Origin: Polymyxa betae A26-41
Lineage: Eukaryota; Protista; Endomyxa: Phytomyxea
NCBI GenBank assembly: GCA_003693705.1
Contig: RBZT01000488.1
Span: forward strand, 1 to 41,458
Direction: 5' to 3'
DNA: 41,458 nt
A program made the translations under genes and the position numbers. Shown here one piece after another: positions 10,383 to 23,776 of the stretch. Within the stretch, counting starts at the first letter, position 1. Each line of letters opens with the position of its first letter. The notes below the pieces were generated by a model. The model saw only the letters and a program-made list of their open reading frames with translations, ran no database searches and was not told where the DNA came from.

Positions 10383-12570
10383 TGATACAGCGTTACCCCG
10401 CTGTTTAGTGACACGTAATTGTCTGTCAACTTCTGTCTGGGATGTCACATAGCTTTGAAACCCTAAACCCTAGACACCTTTACTAGTTGGAAGAAAAGTC
10501 CCAGAAACTGTGTCTCGATTGGCTTTGTCGTTTATGAGCATTTTATTCCCTTTGTCCAGGAGCAACTTTGCTATATTGTGTGCTCGAATTTGATATCAAA
10601 TCCAGAAACGTCTGCGGAAGGAACCGAAGCGAAAGGAGCTCGATAGTTCGATAGTCTCATTCAGCCAACGATTACCTCCTTTTTCTCCAAGACTACAGAA
10701 CCCGACTCGTTTTCTCTGCATCGACCATCCGGTATCATATCAGCATCCTCCAAAGAGAAGACGATTCCGCCTCAACAAAACTTCCTATTTCCGCAATCAT
10801 GGGAGGAAATGGATCGGATTTACCTTAGCTATAACTATGAAGGACATGGCAAAGGAGCCCTTGAACGAAATTATCGTTAGAAAACTGTCTTCAACACTTG
10901 CATGCTGGGGTGAGTGAATCATGTAAAGCCTAGAACCATGGGAATTCAGATCGCCTCAATGCATATAGAGCAATTTAAGAACCAATTGAAAAAATTTCTA
11001 TAAGATTGTTACTAAAACATATTGGGTTCACTTTATTTGCTATCTCTCGAAATATTGACATCCTCTCAAACTTCCACAGATGTCAGAAACTTTGACAACT
11101 TTGTCACTATTAGTATGAAAAAAAAAATTGTCTGGCCGAATTTGTCGCCAAAGTTAGGATGTCGCAGTCCTAAAGTGTCACAAAACCTCGAGGTAACTCT
11201 GTAGATAGACGGGATGGGCTTGAGAGAGAGAGCTAACAGTGAGATGCGCGACCCCCTTCGGCTCGGTAATTGCTAGCTGATTCGAGGAACCATCCTGACT
11301 GTGCGGTCAGCTCGACCGCCGAGCGGTGTCCAGTCGCGTACGAGTGTTATGAATCGCTGAGGAAGCCCTCGTACGCCATAGAAGCTTCCATGTAGCTATA
11401 CAACGATGGGACAGTTGCATTGCTTCGTTCGTTTATTATCACCGTTTCTTACCACTTTTCATTCATGATTGTCAATAGTATGACTGTACCGTTTTTCATC
11501 ACGTTTAGATCGGGATAAGGCTTTTGATTCAGAGGCTTCATTCGCTGTCGTGCCCATCGACATCAAGTGACTCATCGCATAACATATTCTCCTTCTATCA
11601 CCATTTACTCTTCTCTTTTCACTTCTATCACCATTCACCCTTCTTTAATTTTTTCTTACAAACATTTTATGCATTCTCAATCGCATATTTTACAGGTGTA
11701 TCACACTGGTCCATCATTAAAAATCTGCTACCTTAAAGACAGGATAATATCTGCCCAGCCATCATCGGTCGGTTGAAGACTCTTCCATTACCAGATATGA
11801 ACGAAGTCGACTTTGACAATGACGTTGAGAGCCTATTGACATGAGATGCGTCAACCCTTTATCTGATTGCTGAATCATGTCACAATGTATGAGCTCGGCC
11901 ACCATACATTGTACTTGTGAAATGACGCAAGTAGTCAGGTTCTGGATTGCTTTAAGCGGTCTCACACTCTCTAGATTCAATCCACCTTGCTTGTAACATC
12001 ATCAAAGAGCCCATTTCGGCATAGTCAGGAAATTGGATAATCGAAAGCGGTGTATTATGGAAAAAGATTAACGGATGGATTGGGCTTTTCTTGTTTGATG
12101 ATTTGGTCAATAGGCGGCGCTGTGTCAAGGAAAAACAGGCGAAACAGCAATCAGCAACGCATTCATAACGGATTAGTTCATGATTGCTTGGATCGGACTG
12201 TAGTTGATGGAATTTAGGAATCACATCGGAAGACGTCAATCTCAAACTTGGCACGTTTTTTCTGCCATGGACAAAGCGCTGAGAACACATTTACTTGCCC
12301 AAATTCTGGACAATATTGTTTTAACATTCCTAATCTGTTCATGTGCCATAATCATGACGCAGCACGACCAGGCGAGGCGCCATAGCGATGAAGAGATAAA
12401 CCCCAATTTTCCAAATTTTACGAGGTAGTGAGCGGTTCGGAAGCGATCCTGAGAAAAAAATTCCGCCAAAACATATGAATTTATATCCCTATTGTTTTGC
12501 TGCAACGCGAATTTGTTGTTGCCATTCTGCAATCGCTTATCCATCCTTTCCTATCACCCGTTACTGGGCC

Positions 12571-15500
12571 ATGTCTGTCCATTCAGGATCGTCAGAAGGT
12601 CGTGGTGAAGATGGTTCTCTTTCCAACACCCACCAATCTACGTGTGATAGGAAATCATCATATTTTATCTAATGTTTACAAACATATCAGTGTCGGACGA
12701 GAAGAAGAGCATCATCTCTAATATCTTCGACGAGCTCGCCAAAGGCGAGCGTAAGCTAAATCGACGGCGCTTCACGGACCTGCTTCCGATGCCAGAGCCC
12801 ATGAGCAAAGCTGTATTTCGCGGCTTCTGTGGCGGCGACAGCGGCAACATCGATCGCTCGAGATTTGTAGACTGCCTGCAGAAGATCGCAGTTGGAGGCA
12901 CCAAGAATAATGTGCGTGAACATCATCTCGTTAACTTTTCGAATTTTTTTTTAAGGGTTTTCTAAAATATTTGCGTCAACAACACTCATTTTTACGTTTC
13001 GGCGGAGCCTCCTCATCCGTCTTTTCGATCCATCTCCATTCGCTTGACCTTTATCTCTCACTCTTCTCTCTGTCATTATGTCATTTCGTAATCTATTAGG
13101 TTGAGCTTCTGTTTGGCGGCGGCGAGTTCTTGGCGGCAGATGCGCTCGAATCATGGCTCGTCGAGCTTCTGGAAGGATTATATCTGGTCGTTTTCAGACG
13201 GACATTCATCACTGGGCGCCCCTTGCCGAAGTTTATATGCTCTGCACTTCGTGAACGAGTAAGCGATGCTATTCGGCCATTCATCATATCAATAACTGTT
13301 TCAGGTACGAGAGATCACAGCTGATTTCGTATCGAATTCCAGCTGCAGGTCGGAAGGCGAAATAGCACTGTCTGATTTCGTCCAATATGTACGATAATGT
13401 TGATTCGTCAAACTGGATCATTCCTACCTTGTTTGAAGGCATGCTTCTTATCGATTTCATTTTTTTGTCATCAAAGTCTGTATTACTTTCTTTGTAAACT
13501 TGAAATTAAAGGTGAGAAAGCATCCAGGGCTGAAAGAGCTTTTTCGCCTTGTATTGCAGAACATCGCGAATGTTCCAGGATTTGCTCATGACAACATTGA
13601 TGCACCGGCGGCCTTCAAATCTTATCGTAAAATCTTGAAGCAGGTAATAATAACACGTCTTTTCCCGTGTTTCCGGTTCTTTTTTGTATCTGAACGCGCT
13701 CGTTTCCCAAATTGTTGGTGTCTGAGGAGACGAATCCTTTTTTCTGTTTATCGCCTCTCTGTATTTCAATACGCACTCTGACCCCATATCCTTTTGTGCA
13801 GATTATTAGATCTTGTCGTACCAAGAAGGTTGATTCCAATTCCTGGAAATACTGTGCTAAGGTCCTGGCACTACCGTCACCAGATCTCGAGTCTAGATCT
13901 GTCGACAGTCAAGGTGAAGGTGACGAGGACCGCGAAGAATCTTCGACGTCGTCGTCATCTACTGAGAACTCGGTACCGACGTTATCTTCGGGCTCTTACC
14001 GGAACTCGGTCGCGTCTAAAACCGTGCTGGTGAAGGCGATACAGCATCCTGATGTCATTGTGATGACGTCACCGTTACCAAGCAGTGAAGATACGACCCC
14101 GACAATGCCTAGTAACAAGTCAGCTGTGTTGCTTGTTTATTTGCTTGAATATGCCGCTGCTTTACTTCTATGCTTCTCTGATTTCTTTTTAGTTTGGTTT
14201 ACTGCGATAGGTTACAGTTTTCGTTTCGCTATTATCGAATCTGACCATTTTACATCTTACTGGATCTGCTGCAGTCATGGCTATCAGGGAATGTACAAGA
14301 TCTGTCAGAACTGTGGCATGACGATTGATATGAAATATTGCTGTGAATGCGGCATGGCCTTACCACGTCTCGGCATCAGATTGGCGTGTGACAAATGCGC
14401 TGCTGGTGGTCGTGGTTTGCTCTACAAGTTCTGTGCTCGATGTGGATATCACGAGCTCGTTGATCGCCACATAAACATGGTTCCGACAATGCCGGCCTCT
14501 GCGGTGGCAGATCCTTTTCTTCAAAAGTATAGCTGTGGCTGTCTATGAGTGCTTTTGCATTGTTTGTTATAATGTGGTTGCTGCGTTTTTATCACTTTGT
14601 CCTTCGGAATGCTCTCAATGTTTCAATCATATGTTTAACCTTTGTTCAAAAGCTGATTTCGCAATGATTCAGAGCTATTGTTTTGCACCACTCAGGTTGG
14701 TTTATAGGCATCGGCGGTCGAAAAGAGGGTAATTTGCTGTAATCCGCTTCTGGCTTTCGAAGCTCTAAGAAGCAATTCACAGTATTCACGGATTTGTCTA
14801 TGGAGATCTTCAGGAATGGTTCTATGTTTATGATCCCCAATCTGATGTAAGCTAAGACCTAATTTTTTCCAAAATTTGTGGTTTGCACATTTTATTCGCT
14901 TTTTCCTCGCTATTTGCACTTCTTTTCATTTGCTAGAATTTGCTATTGCAAGTTTTCATAATTGAGATGACATTTGTGGTTGACGGTTTATTCAATCTTA
15001 ATCTCTATTTTGACGTTTGTATTACAGCGATGGAATGCATGCTGGGCGCTGCTGGCGGATCAGTTCCTCTTGCTTTTCAGTAAAATACAGATTCCACATC
15101 CGCATCGAATCTTGTCACTTCAGGGACGTCAATTGGAGATCGAGGAATACCATGGTGATCATGATGAATACGTGATCGAAATCTCGCCTTCAGAGGATGG
15201 ACTTGATGAAGGCTGTAGGCTAATCACAACAGATCAACGGATTGGCAATCGTTGGCTCCATCAGATGCGCCAGGGAATTCGACGTCGGGCTGTCGAGGTC
15301 AGTTCAAATAATTTTAGCAAGTCTTTGCTATTTTTTTTGAAAATTTGTTTATTTGCTGTCGTCGTTTATTTTCGCTTTTATTTTCAATCAGCCATTGACT
15401 GCCTGTGCTCATCATAGGATTATTATGCGATTGGAGAGTGCGTCTTCAAGCTCACCGGTTTGGTTCAACGCTGCATTTGTCGCCACAGGCTCACTCGAGA

Positions 15501-16899
15501 AAAGTTTGTGGTGACGATTATTGACAAAGCCGGTATGAATCTGATATCTTCATGTCGCTCGCTGCTCGTCTTTCTTCGAGCAACAGGCTGAGTTGCTTTG
15601 GAGCCAAATTCTTGAGTTTTTCTCTATTTTTCCAATTGCTAGTGTGAACCCATTCTCACTTTATTGCCTCAGTGTTTGATGATTTCCAAATCGCCAAAAT
15701 CCGGACTTCTTTCGCTCTGTTCAAGCTCTTGCATCACCCGACCTTAACTAACGTCAAAGACGTCTTCGAATCCGCAACTCAATTCTGCTGCACTGTCCCG
15801 CAGTTGGACGGTATATCGCCCTGAAGCATTTGTTTTTCTATATTTGCTGTTGTAGCGAATTGTCTCTCGTTCCAACATTTCACAAATAGTTTTCTTGGCC
15901 TTTTTTTGAGTTTCTTGATTTTCTTTTCTTCGGTTTTTCTATGCCATGTAATATTCTTACTGTCTGCTGATATAGGTGGGTACCTCATCAAGTCTCTATT
16001 CCAAAAGGGTCATTTCGAAGAATCTGTTGTCCGCTTAGTTGTTTATCCTGTTGTCAACGCATTAGTTCGAATCCATCTTTCTGGGCTGGATCTAATGTAA
16101 GTCAGCTTTCGTTTCAATGGAACTGATCTGTCCTTGTCTATGTTTTTTGTTTAAAAATCTGTCTTCAATCACTAATTACGCTCTGTAGAAATATAAGGCC
16201 AGAATGTTTGATAATCACGCCGCATGCCCAACATCTACTCCAGGTAATGAATGTTTTCCTTTTCCAAGATTATGTTCACGCTGCATTTCTATTCCATTTT
16301 TCAACATCTTTGAACCTACACTGGCGTCGATTTTTTTACATGGTTGATATTGGAATGATACCCGGCTCCTGACCTCTGTTCAGATTGCCCATCTGGATCT
16401 CAATAAGTTTCTGTCGCCATCTGAGATCGTGCAGCGCGGTCTGCCAAACCGACTGCTGTCCTACAGATCGCCAGAGGTGCTTTACAGCGGCGGCCCAATC
16501 TGGGTCTGGGGCGCGCCTGCCGATATTTGGTCGGTTGGCGTGCTTATGTTCGAGTTATTGACTGGAGATTTACCATTCGAGCCGAAACCGGGAGAATTCT
16601 TCAATTTCTCTAAGGTACAACTGAAGTTCTTGCTGACAATCAAATTTAGATGAATTCTTATTTGATTTTTCCGATCGTTCATTCGTCTGGCGTTCGCCTA
16701 AAGCAGATTCAGGTTTATTTTAATGTGGCTTCTCATAATGATTTAGGCATTGGAGGACAAATTTGAATCAAACTCTTTATGGAGCCGTGTATCAATTGAA
16801 GCGAAGGCTATCATCCGAAGTCTGTTACAAGTTGATATCGATCGTCGTCCAACTGCTGAAGCTCTTCTTAAAAATCCTTGGTTTTCAATAGAGCTGTGA
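12571..16899 (+). CDS. EF-hand-like + double zinc ribbon + PH + CAMK-type pseudokinase (CDPK7-like layout), ~17 exons
   Basis: Spliced product has an EF-like N-terminus (GGDSGNIDRSRFVDCL; SEGEIALSDFVQY), four CxxC pairs (14300-14450), a PH-like domain (~14800-15297, RWNACWALL...NRWLHQMR) and a kinase fold (HHPTLTNVKDVFES, YRSPEV, ADIWSVGVLMFELLTGDLPF, RRPTAEALLKNPWF), ending TGA at 16897-16899. The first exon is the least certain. Confidence 0.8.
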
Positions 16900-19884
16900 C
16901 CGCAGCCCGTTTATCTACCGTATAATGTCACAAAAGATCGCATTTGAAGAATAGTCGCCGTTTGATTAAGATTCTCCATGGGCCAGTTTTTGCATGCTTT
17001 TTCCAATAAATAGTTCGTTATTTTTTCAAACGGCACTGTTTACCGGTAGGTCGTACTGGCCAATCGCCAAAGCGGAGATGCATGCATGGCGCCCAGAGCT
17101 GTGACCACGGATGCTGACGTGGCGGCGTTAGCTCGCCTCATCCTCTTGTGGTTAGGGTTAAACCCTAACTAAACAGCAGTCCCAATCACTGGAAACTATG
17201 ACGACGTCGCAGGTCACGGCAGTTCGACTCGCGATGTAATTTTCGAACGAATTCCTACAAGGACTTCGCTGGCGTCCGATAAGCAGCCGTACTGGATCGC
17301 GATTCCAATTGCAGCCCGGCTTCGAGAAAGGTCATTCCTGCTGCAATCATCGAGCCGGGCTGAAAGTGAAGCCTTTGAGTTAGGGTTTCGATGCGATTAA
17401 CAACCAGCAGAGTAATGGAGGTCGGTGTCCACCAGACATCGCGTCCTTTAATGCATCGTATCTCAGGGCCTAATCTCGTGCAAGATCATTCGGACCGCTA
17501 ATTCAACAGCGTGCGAAATCTCAGGCTTGCGGGCTTTGCTCTGCAATACTGGAAGCCCGCAATTTAGGGTTCATTTATCTCCAATTACTGAAGCTCGCCG
17601 TGTGAGAAATTTTCTCGAAGGGTTCTATAGACATTGCAATATGAGACACATTGACGTAAACTTTGAGATTCTTCTTCCGGACTTGACGAACGTTGAAAGT
17701 TGCAGTGTGAATGCATAGATGGGAAATCTCTTAATACATTTTGTGATTCAGGCAGAAATCCGATCGAAGCGGAGGATTCCGGCGATGGTTCAACGAATAT
17801 TCGTGAAAAGTTTCTGTCACTTTCAACACCAACAGCTAACTTAGAGAGCAACGGTTAAATCGCCCATAAACTTTCTCGTTTAATAATTGATGATCTCAGG
17901 CTCCCAGCGTTCTCCAAATGTCAGAACCGGCGCGAACTATTCCTTCGGATTCTAAGTTGAAATCGAGCAATCATGAGAGATTTGTGGTGATAGTATCTGT
18001 ATAGGCTGGGCTCTATTGTGAGCCATTTCGGTCCATGTGATGATCTCTCATTGGAGATGGCTCCGCTGTTGTGGTCCTACAATTGCCAAACTCGTTGTAT
18101 TACAGATACGATACGGAATCGTCACTGCCTTTATCAATCAATCCTGATGCAGAACTCTTGCTCTGAGCGCATTACCGAGCCAAACGAAGTATTTCGTTTG
18201 GTGCATTTTGAAAACTGCCGAATACAAAGCAGCAAACCACCGCTTCAAAACGATGATCAGGGACGTTTGAGGTCCACGAAGATCCAATAAAGAGCTCAGA
18301 TTGTGCAACCCTTTTTTGCATGGAAAAAGCTCAAACAGAGCCATGATATTGCCAATGAACTAAAGCGAGGCCGCGTACCATCATAGCAGCAATGCCGAGA
18401 AGAGATAAAATAGCAACGATTGATGGGTAGCGAATGGATGCCGGTATGACAGTGCCATGAATGTCATTAGGGTTTTAGGGTTTCCGCTCACTGAGTGAAA
18501 TCTAGAAAAGTTGCGCGTCGCGACCTCGTAGAGGCCGACGAGCGCCTCACATTGATTCGATCAACCGCAGGGGATGATAACGTCAGCCTCTAGTCGCAGA
18601 AGCCGCCGTTAATCATCACGATTCTTCTGCCCTTTGAATGCAAGCCCTGGTGCCAGCAAGGTGACGTCCGGTTATAAAATTCGGACAATGTTGCTGTCAC
18701 GAGGTCGTGATCACGTTTATCGCAGAGAGCGATTTTATCTGCGAGATCCACGACTGTTTAAAGAAGCTCCTTATCTGTTCTGACAGCCTAGATCCTGATC
18801 TTCCGATTCTGTTAGATCATTTCTTTCATCTTTTCATCCTGTTGATTTTCGCTGCGATTTTCACGACTTGAGTGCTGCATACAAAGCTGTATTGAAAGCA
18901 GATAGTATTCTGAGCGGGAAAAAGCTGTTCGCTTTGAGCTAATTTGGGAACCACCTCAAGTTTGATAGCACGATTGTAAAATCTAGCAATTATTCTGTTA
19001 CGTCAAGAACACAAAAAACAGTCAAAAACAGTTCTGCATAATGAATGATTCTGTATTACAGAACTCGCGTTGCTGATGTTCAGGCGGTAACGTGAGTTAG
19101 CTTGTATCAAAAACAGCTGTTGGAAAGAGCTCGGCGCTGAATGGATTCAGGAGTTGCCAGCCTGGCCTTGTTCATGAGGCGGAGATCGCATTCAGGAACG
19201 AGATTCATTCGGCGACCTGATTCAGGTCAAGATGATTAACGTCGTTGGCTTTGTCACAGCCGAATACGTACCTGAGAACAATTGAGGTTACCGCCATGGT
19301 CAATCAGATCATTGGACAATTTTCGCACGGAAAAATGAAAGTTCTGGCATCGGTTTCAAGAAGATTATCTGATGTGAAGATGAACCAAAGTTGACGCTCA
19401 AACACGATCAAGAGCAATCTTGGACAGTGAAAGCGAAAGAATTAATCAGGGCCGATGCGATGCTTCATTCAGCTTTACTGTTTGTAAACGCTTATGAGAT
19501 AATTCAGGCCTCCGGATCGGAGAGCAGCGCGTACTAACCCATTTGTAGACTTGAAAACGGCCGGTGTTTGAACTGGATGCGAATTGGCCGGTCTTGATGC
19601 CAGCTGTTTCAGCGATCTGCTTCAATATGGCGGTGTAACGTAACAGTACCTAAATCTTGCAGGTCGACGACGGAATGACGATATCAGCATTCGCAGCAGA
19701 TGGTGACTCGACGAACGACCGATGATCGTAGTTGAGCCGAAATTAGACTTCGTGCAAGACAAAGTTGAATACAAAACTTGCGCGATTGAAAAAAGTGCGT
19801 GACTAATAAAGTTTTTTCTCTGAAATGCACCCATTAGATTCTGGACTTCGCGCAGTGAGTGCGCCGGAATCCCGGAACAGAATA

Positions 19885-19961
19885 GCTCTCTCTGTCTCTT
19901 TCTCTCTGTGGCTCTGCCTCTCTGCCTCTCTCTTCTCTGTCTCTCTGTCTGTCTGCCTCTT
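19885..19961. repeat. Imperfect (CT)/(TCTCTG) microsatellite
   Basis: ctctctctgtctctttctctctgtggctctgcctctctgcctctctcttctctgtctctctgtctgtctgcctct. Confidence 0.85.
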
Positions 19962-20219
19962 GCAATCGCAGAGTCTATCTTGCGACGACGGGTCATTGTC
20001 TGACGCTTCTGCCGCAGTCGATTGAGCTACTGAAGTAATGATCCGAGGCTCCTGTCACCTGTTTAACTGCGATTAGCCCTGTAATGATGACTACGCGCGA
20101 GAGAATGATTTAGGTGTCAAGCTAAAATCATCTTTAAAAACTTTACTCTGGTCTTGATGCTTCTAAACCTGTCGCCTATATCGCTGACCGAGGCACCCTG
20201 CAATGATTTCCAGCATTTG

Positions 20220-21520
20220 ATCAAGCAATGGATCTTAGCGGATGTCATTGGAATCACCAGATGCTGATCATTTTTAGAATGCTCCCGGACGGCTCCAAAG
20301 CCCCCGCTTAGCAAAAGGTTGAATCAGGCCATCGTTGAACTCAATGACTATCCTGACTTTGAAGAATTTCGGTTGTCGCCTCTTTGAAGCATTGCTGGAT
20401 TGCCGCGAAGATGGGCATGCTGTGCTGATAGAAAACGCATTGGCTTTTGCATTCAGATGTATGTTTCAGATGGCAAGTTTGCGAACCAGCTCATTGATTT
20501 CCATGCCCGTGTTTGATTCCAATATTAACAAAGCTGGTTCGGGGCGCCGTTTTAAGCCGGGCGATGAGCAGGAAATCCGCGTTCAGCTGCAAGTACGAAC
20601 ACTCCGAGTTTTTGGTTATGCCTTTTGGGCTGAGGATTCTCCTTTCTTCCAATATTTATGCACGACAAATTCCGCGATTTTCCCGGATCAGGACGTTAAA
20701 AGGTTTCCAGGCAATGAGGGGGGTCGGTTTCTCCATATTTCCCCATCGCCCTCTTCGGCACTCATTGAAAGCACAAGACAAGGCTTTAAAAGCCATCGTT
20801 CACGATATCGCAAAACAAGGATTCATTGAAAAAATTTCCTTATCAGATCAAGATCTGAGCCCAACCTTTTTAGTGCATAAAAAAGGAACGCAAGTTCAGA
20901 GGCTTGTCCATGACTTTCGAGAAGTCAACAAGTTCATACCAGTCCCAAAAAACCAAGTTCCCAACTATTCGACAAGTCTGGAATCTAATTCACCAAACAC
21001 TTTTACAAAGATCGATCTGAAGAATGGCTATTGGAATGTGAAGTTATCATCATCCTGCCAAAAAGCAACAGCTTTTTCATTGGGAACGAAACTTACCAAT
21101 ACAGGGTCGTCCCTCAGGGCCTTAATATTAGTCCAGCACTATTTCAAAATCATACTTCAAAGATCTCGCGATAACTTCGGGATAAATATCAAGTCTTTGC
21201 CAAGTTTGCGAACCAGCTCATTGATTTCCATGCCCGTGTGTTTTTTCAATATTAACAAAGCTGGTTCGGGGCGCCTGCAGCCTCCTTCGTTTTAAGCAGG
21301 GCGATGAGTGGGAAAGCCGCGTTCAGCTGCAAGTACGAACACTCCGAGTATTTGGTTTGCCTTTTGGGCTGAGGATTTTCCTTCTTTCTTCCAATATTTT
21401 ATGCACGACAAATTCCGCGATTTTATCGACTTGTTTCTGGTGACCTGATATATTCCCGCAACGAAGCTGAACATGAACGACATGCAAAATTAGCTCTGTC
21501 CCGACTTCGCAGCGATCGAC
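20220..21520 (+). mobile_element. Fragmented Ty3/gypsy pol fossils: protease remnant, duplicated RT-A segment, and a different RT-B segment
   Basis: FEALLDC protease-like motif near 20385. RT-A (KQGDEWKAAFSCKY..EYLVMPFGL..FFQYFMHD..LIYSRNEAEHERH, with frameshifts and the YxDD region deleted) at 20474-20681 and 21201-21510. RT-B (SPTFLVHKK..RLVHDFREVNK..FTKIDLKNGYW..TAF..YQYRVVPQGLNISPALFQ) at ~20740-21160. Confidence 0.85.
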
Positions 21521-23776
21521 ATGTATGGCTGGAGTAATAGCACTAACGTCTTTTCTGTTTATTCTCGCCCAGATGCAGACTACTGGCGTATTGAATGGAA
21601 AGCCTCACCAACAGCTAAGGTAGTTGCTTGTCAATCATTATAGATACTGAACGGGAATCTGCCAATATTCAAAGTTTGCTGGTGTCAACTGCTTCCAGAA
21701 TCACGACAAACAACGTCGTCTGTCCGAACTTATTACCGTACTCCGATAATACTTCTTTGGAGCACCAATAAGATGAGCTTCTTGCCTCGCGGGAGCTTGG
21801 AGGCTTTATTGATAGAATGTCCTGAGTGAGGACTGACAAGACTCTGCAAAAAGCTTTTAATAATTATCTACACAATGGTCGCTACTCTGTTAACAAAAAC
21901 GTTCGAGTATGATACACATTAAATTAAGCAAATGGTTTTCTAGTGACCATCTGATGATTTTCGTCCCTATAATTCAAATTATACCAAATTAAAGTGCCGA
22001 AATTCTATAGAAAGCTTCAAACCACTTTGTAATAATTCTTCAAAAACACTTTTTAGAATCCCTAAAAGTAATCGGAGCAGTTGTATTTAAATCACGAATG
22101 ATCCCGAGGAGGATATGATTGTATAGGTGAGACGCAAATCTAAATCCGAAGCTGGCTCAAGTGTCAGTCATCGACTTTTTGCGTTCCCCTGAGGTTAAAC
22201 CATCAAGAAAATTTCCCAAAGTTGGTGTTTTGGATAAACTTGCGCGCAATCTGCTCCCTGCATTTCTGTGTTCGATCATTTCCTGCATTAGAAAGGTGTA
22301 ATGAAGTTCAAAAAAACGTTCCGCGATCCGCGGCCCTCTTTGTCGAAAAAATATCCGAGAACTTCCTCAATCATTGCACCAGAAATTAACATCCTCGTTG
22401 CTCAGTCACATCCCTTGTTTACGTTAACCGAATGTGTACGCTTGCTAATTTTGGGAACGAGTGAGCCCATTCAGCTGCTCTTACAAAGATCGGGAGCCCA
22501 AAGCCGATCATCATGTGGCTGTGAGGGAACATCTCCTTCCTTTGATTGTCTCTACAAAACAACACTTTCGTCAAATCTCTCTTGTAGCATCACATTCCAT
22601 TCTAATATAAATTTATATTCAAAGATGTCTACTCGGACCCATTCAGAAGTATCAGAACAACCTAACAGAATTTGGGCAAATATGCTCTCAAAACCTTTCA
22701 CAATCATTATAAAAGATGTCATTTAGAATTTGTACGGTAGAAATAGTCTCATTGTCTCCCAATGCTGCACCTGCGTACAGGATTAGGGCGCATTGTGCCG
22801 CTGCTGGCGATCTCGCCTCCCAATCCCGCCTCCTTCCCGTCGCCCAGCCTTTTAACTGATGAATCAACAAATACAGGATATCAGGACTTGTGCCTAAACC
22901 CTAACCCTTAAACCCAGCATTTGCATAGAGACTTCATCAAGCAATAAAACAAAAGAACAATTTATCGTAATTCTGCCATTGGGAGCTATGTAGACCGAAG
23001 CTGCAATACGAATCTTAATAGTTAAGAAAGTTACAGAATCGATTTGGTGGTCTGAAGTCCGATTTTATTCTGAATTCTTACAACATTACTTTTACCGCTA
23101 TCAGGGCCGTGGAAGTAGTGAATTAGCGCTGTCTGCTGTCGTATACGGCATCGTACTGGACCCGACTGGGAGGCACCAACGCCGCCACTCTGAGTCGAGA
23201 TACGCCTCATCTCATGCCTGATCGTAACGTTATCGTTCGTAAAGTCGCTGTATGACAGCAATACCGGGAGGATCCGAAAAGTGAATCGCATTTAGCAACT
23301 TTGCCAAACAAAAAGAAAAACTGCGCGACTGTAGATTTCCCATTTTGCATTCTTTGAATGGCGAAAAGCGTCCGGCTTTGTGCTGCCACGGCCATCATAT
23401 TCTTTTATATCAGCTGAGCCGAAATCCCCGATTGTCACGCTTTTCACTTCGCAACAATTCTACCCTGTCGGATCTCAATTCTCTCCTGAATCCAGAGCAG
23501 CAAAAACTGCGTGCGGAATTTCGATGCCACTGCAACAAACGTATCGCAACGACTCGGTCCCACGAGCAGACTTCATTGGGCGGGAAATGCTTTACCAAGC
23601 GGCTCCCTTCCTGATACTGAGTCTATCACTGTGCCTGGCTGCATTCAAATGTAATGTTACCGACTGTCGGGAACAGACTCATCTTTGTGTCGCTCCTCCC
23701 GACCTTCACGTTACAGACTCCAGCGTATGATTGATCTGTTAGAGAGAAGCCACTTCTCTTTAACATGAATTTTAGG

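Noticed and set aside
13344-13370. SRP RNA helix-8-like CAGGTCGGAAGG
   Set aside because: No complementary AGCAG strand or helix; it lies in an in-frame exon (CRSEGEIALSDF) of the pseudokinase gene.
18689-19600. Possible LTR start (TGTCAC) and gag remnant (ERINQGRCDAS) upstream of the pol fossils
   Set aside because: Similarity is too short and interrupted to support without a search.
20474-21424. LTR pair flanking a small element
   Set aside because: The direct repeats translate to RT motifs and lack TG..CA ends, PBS and PPT.
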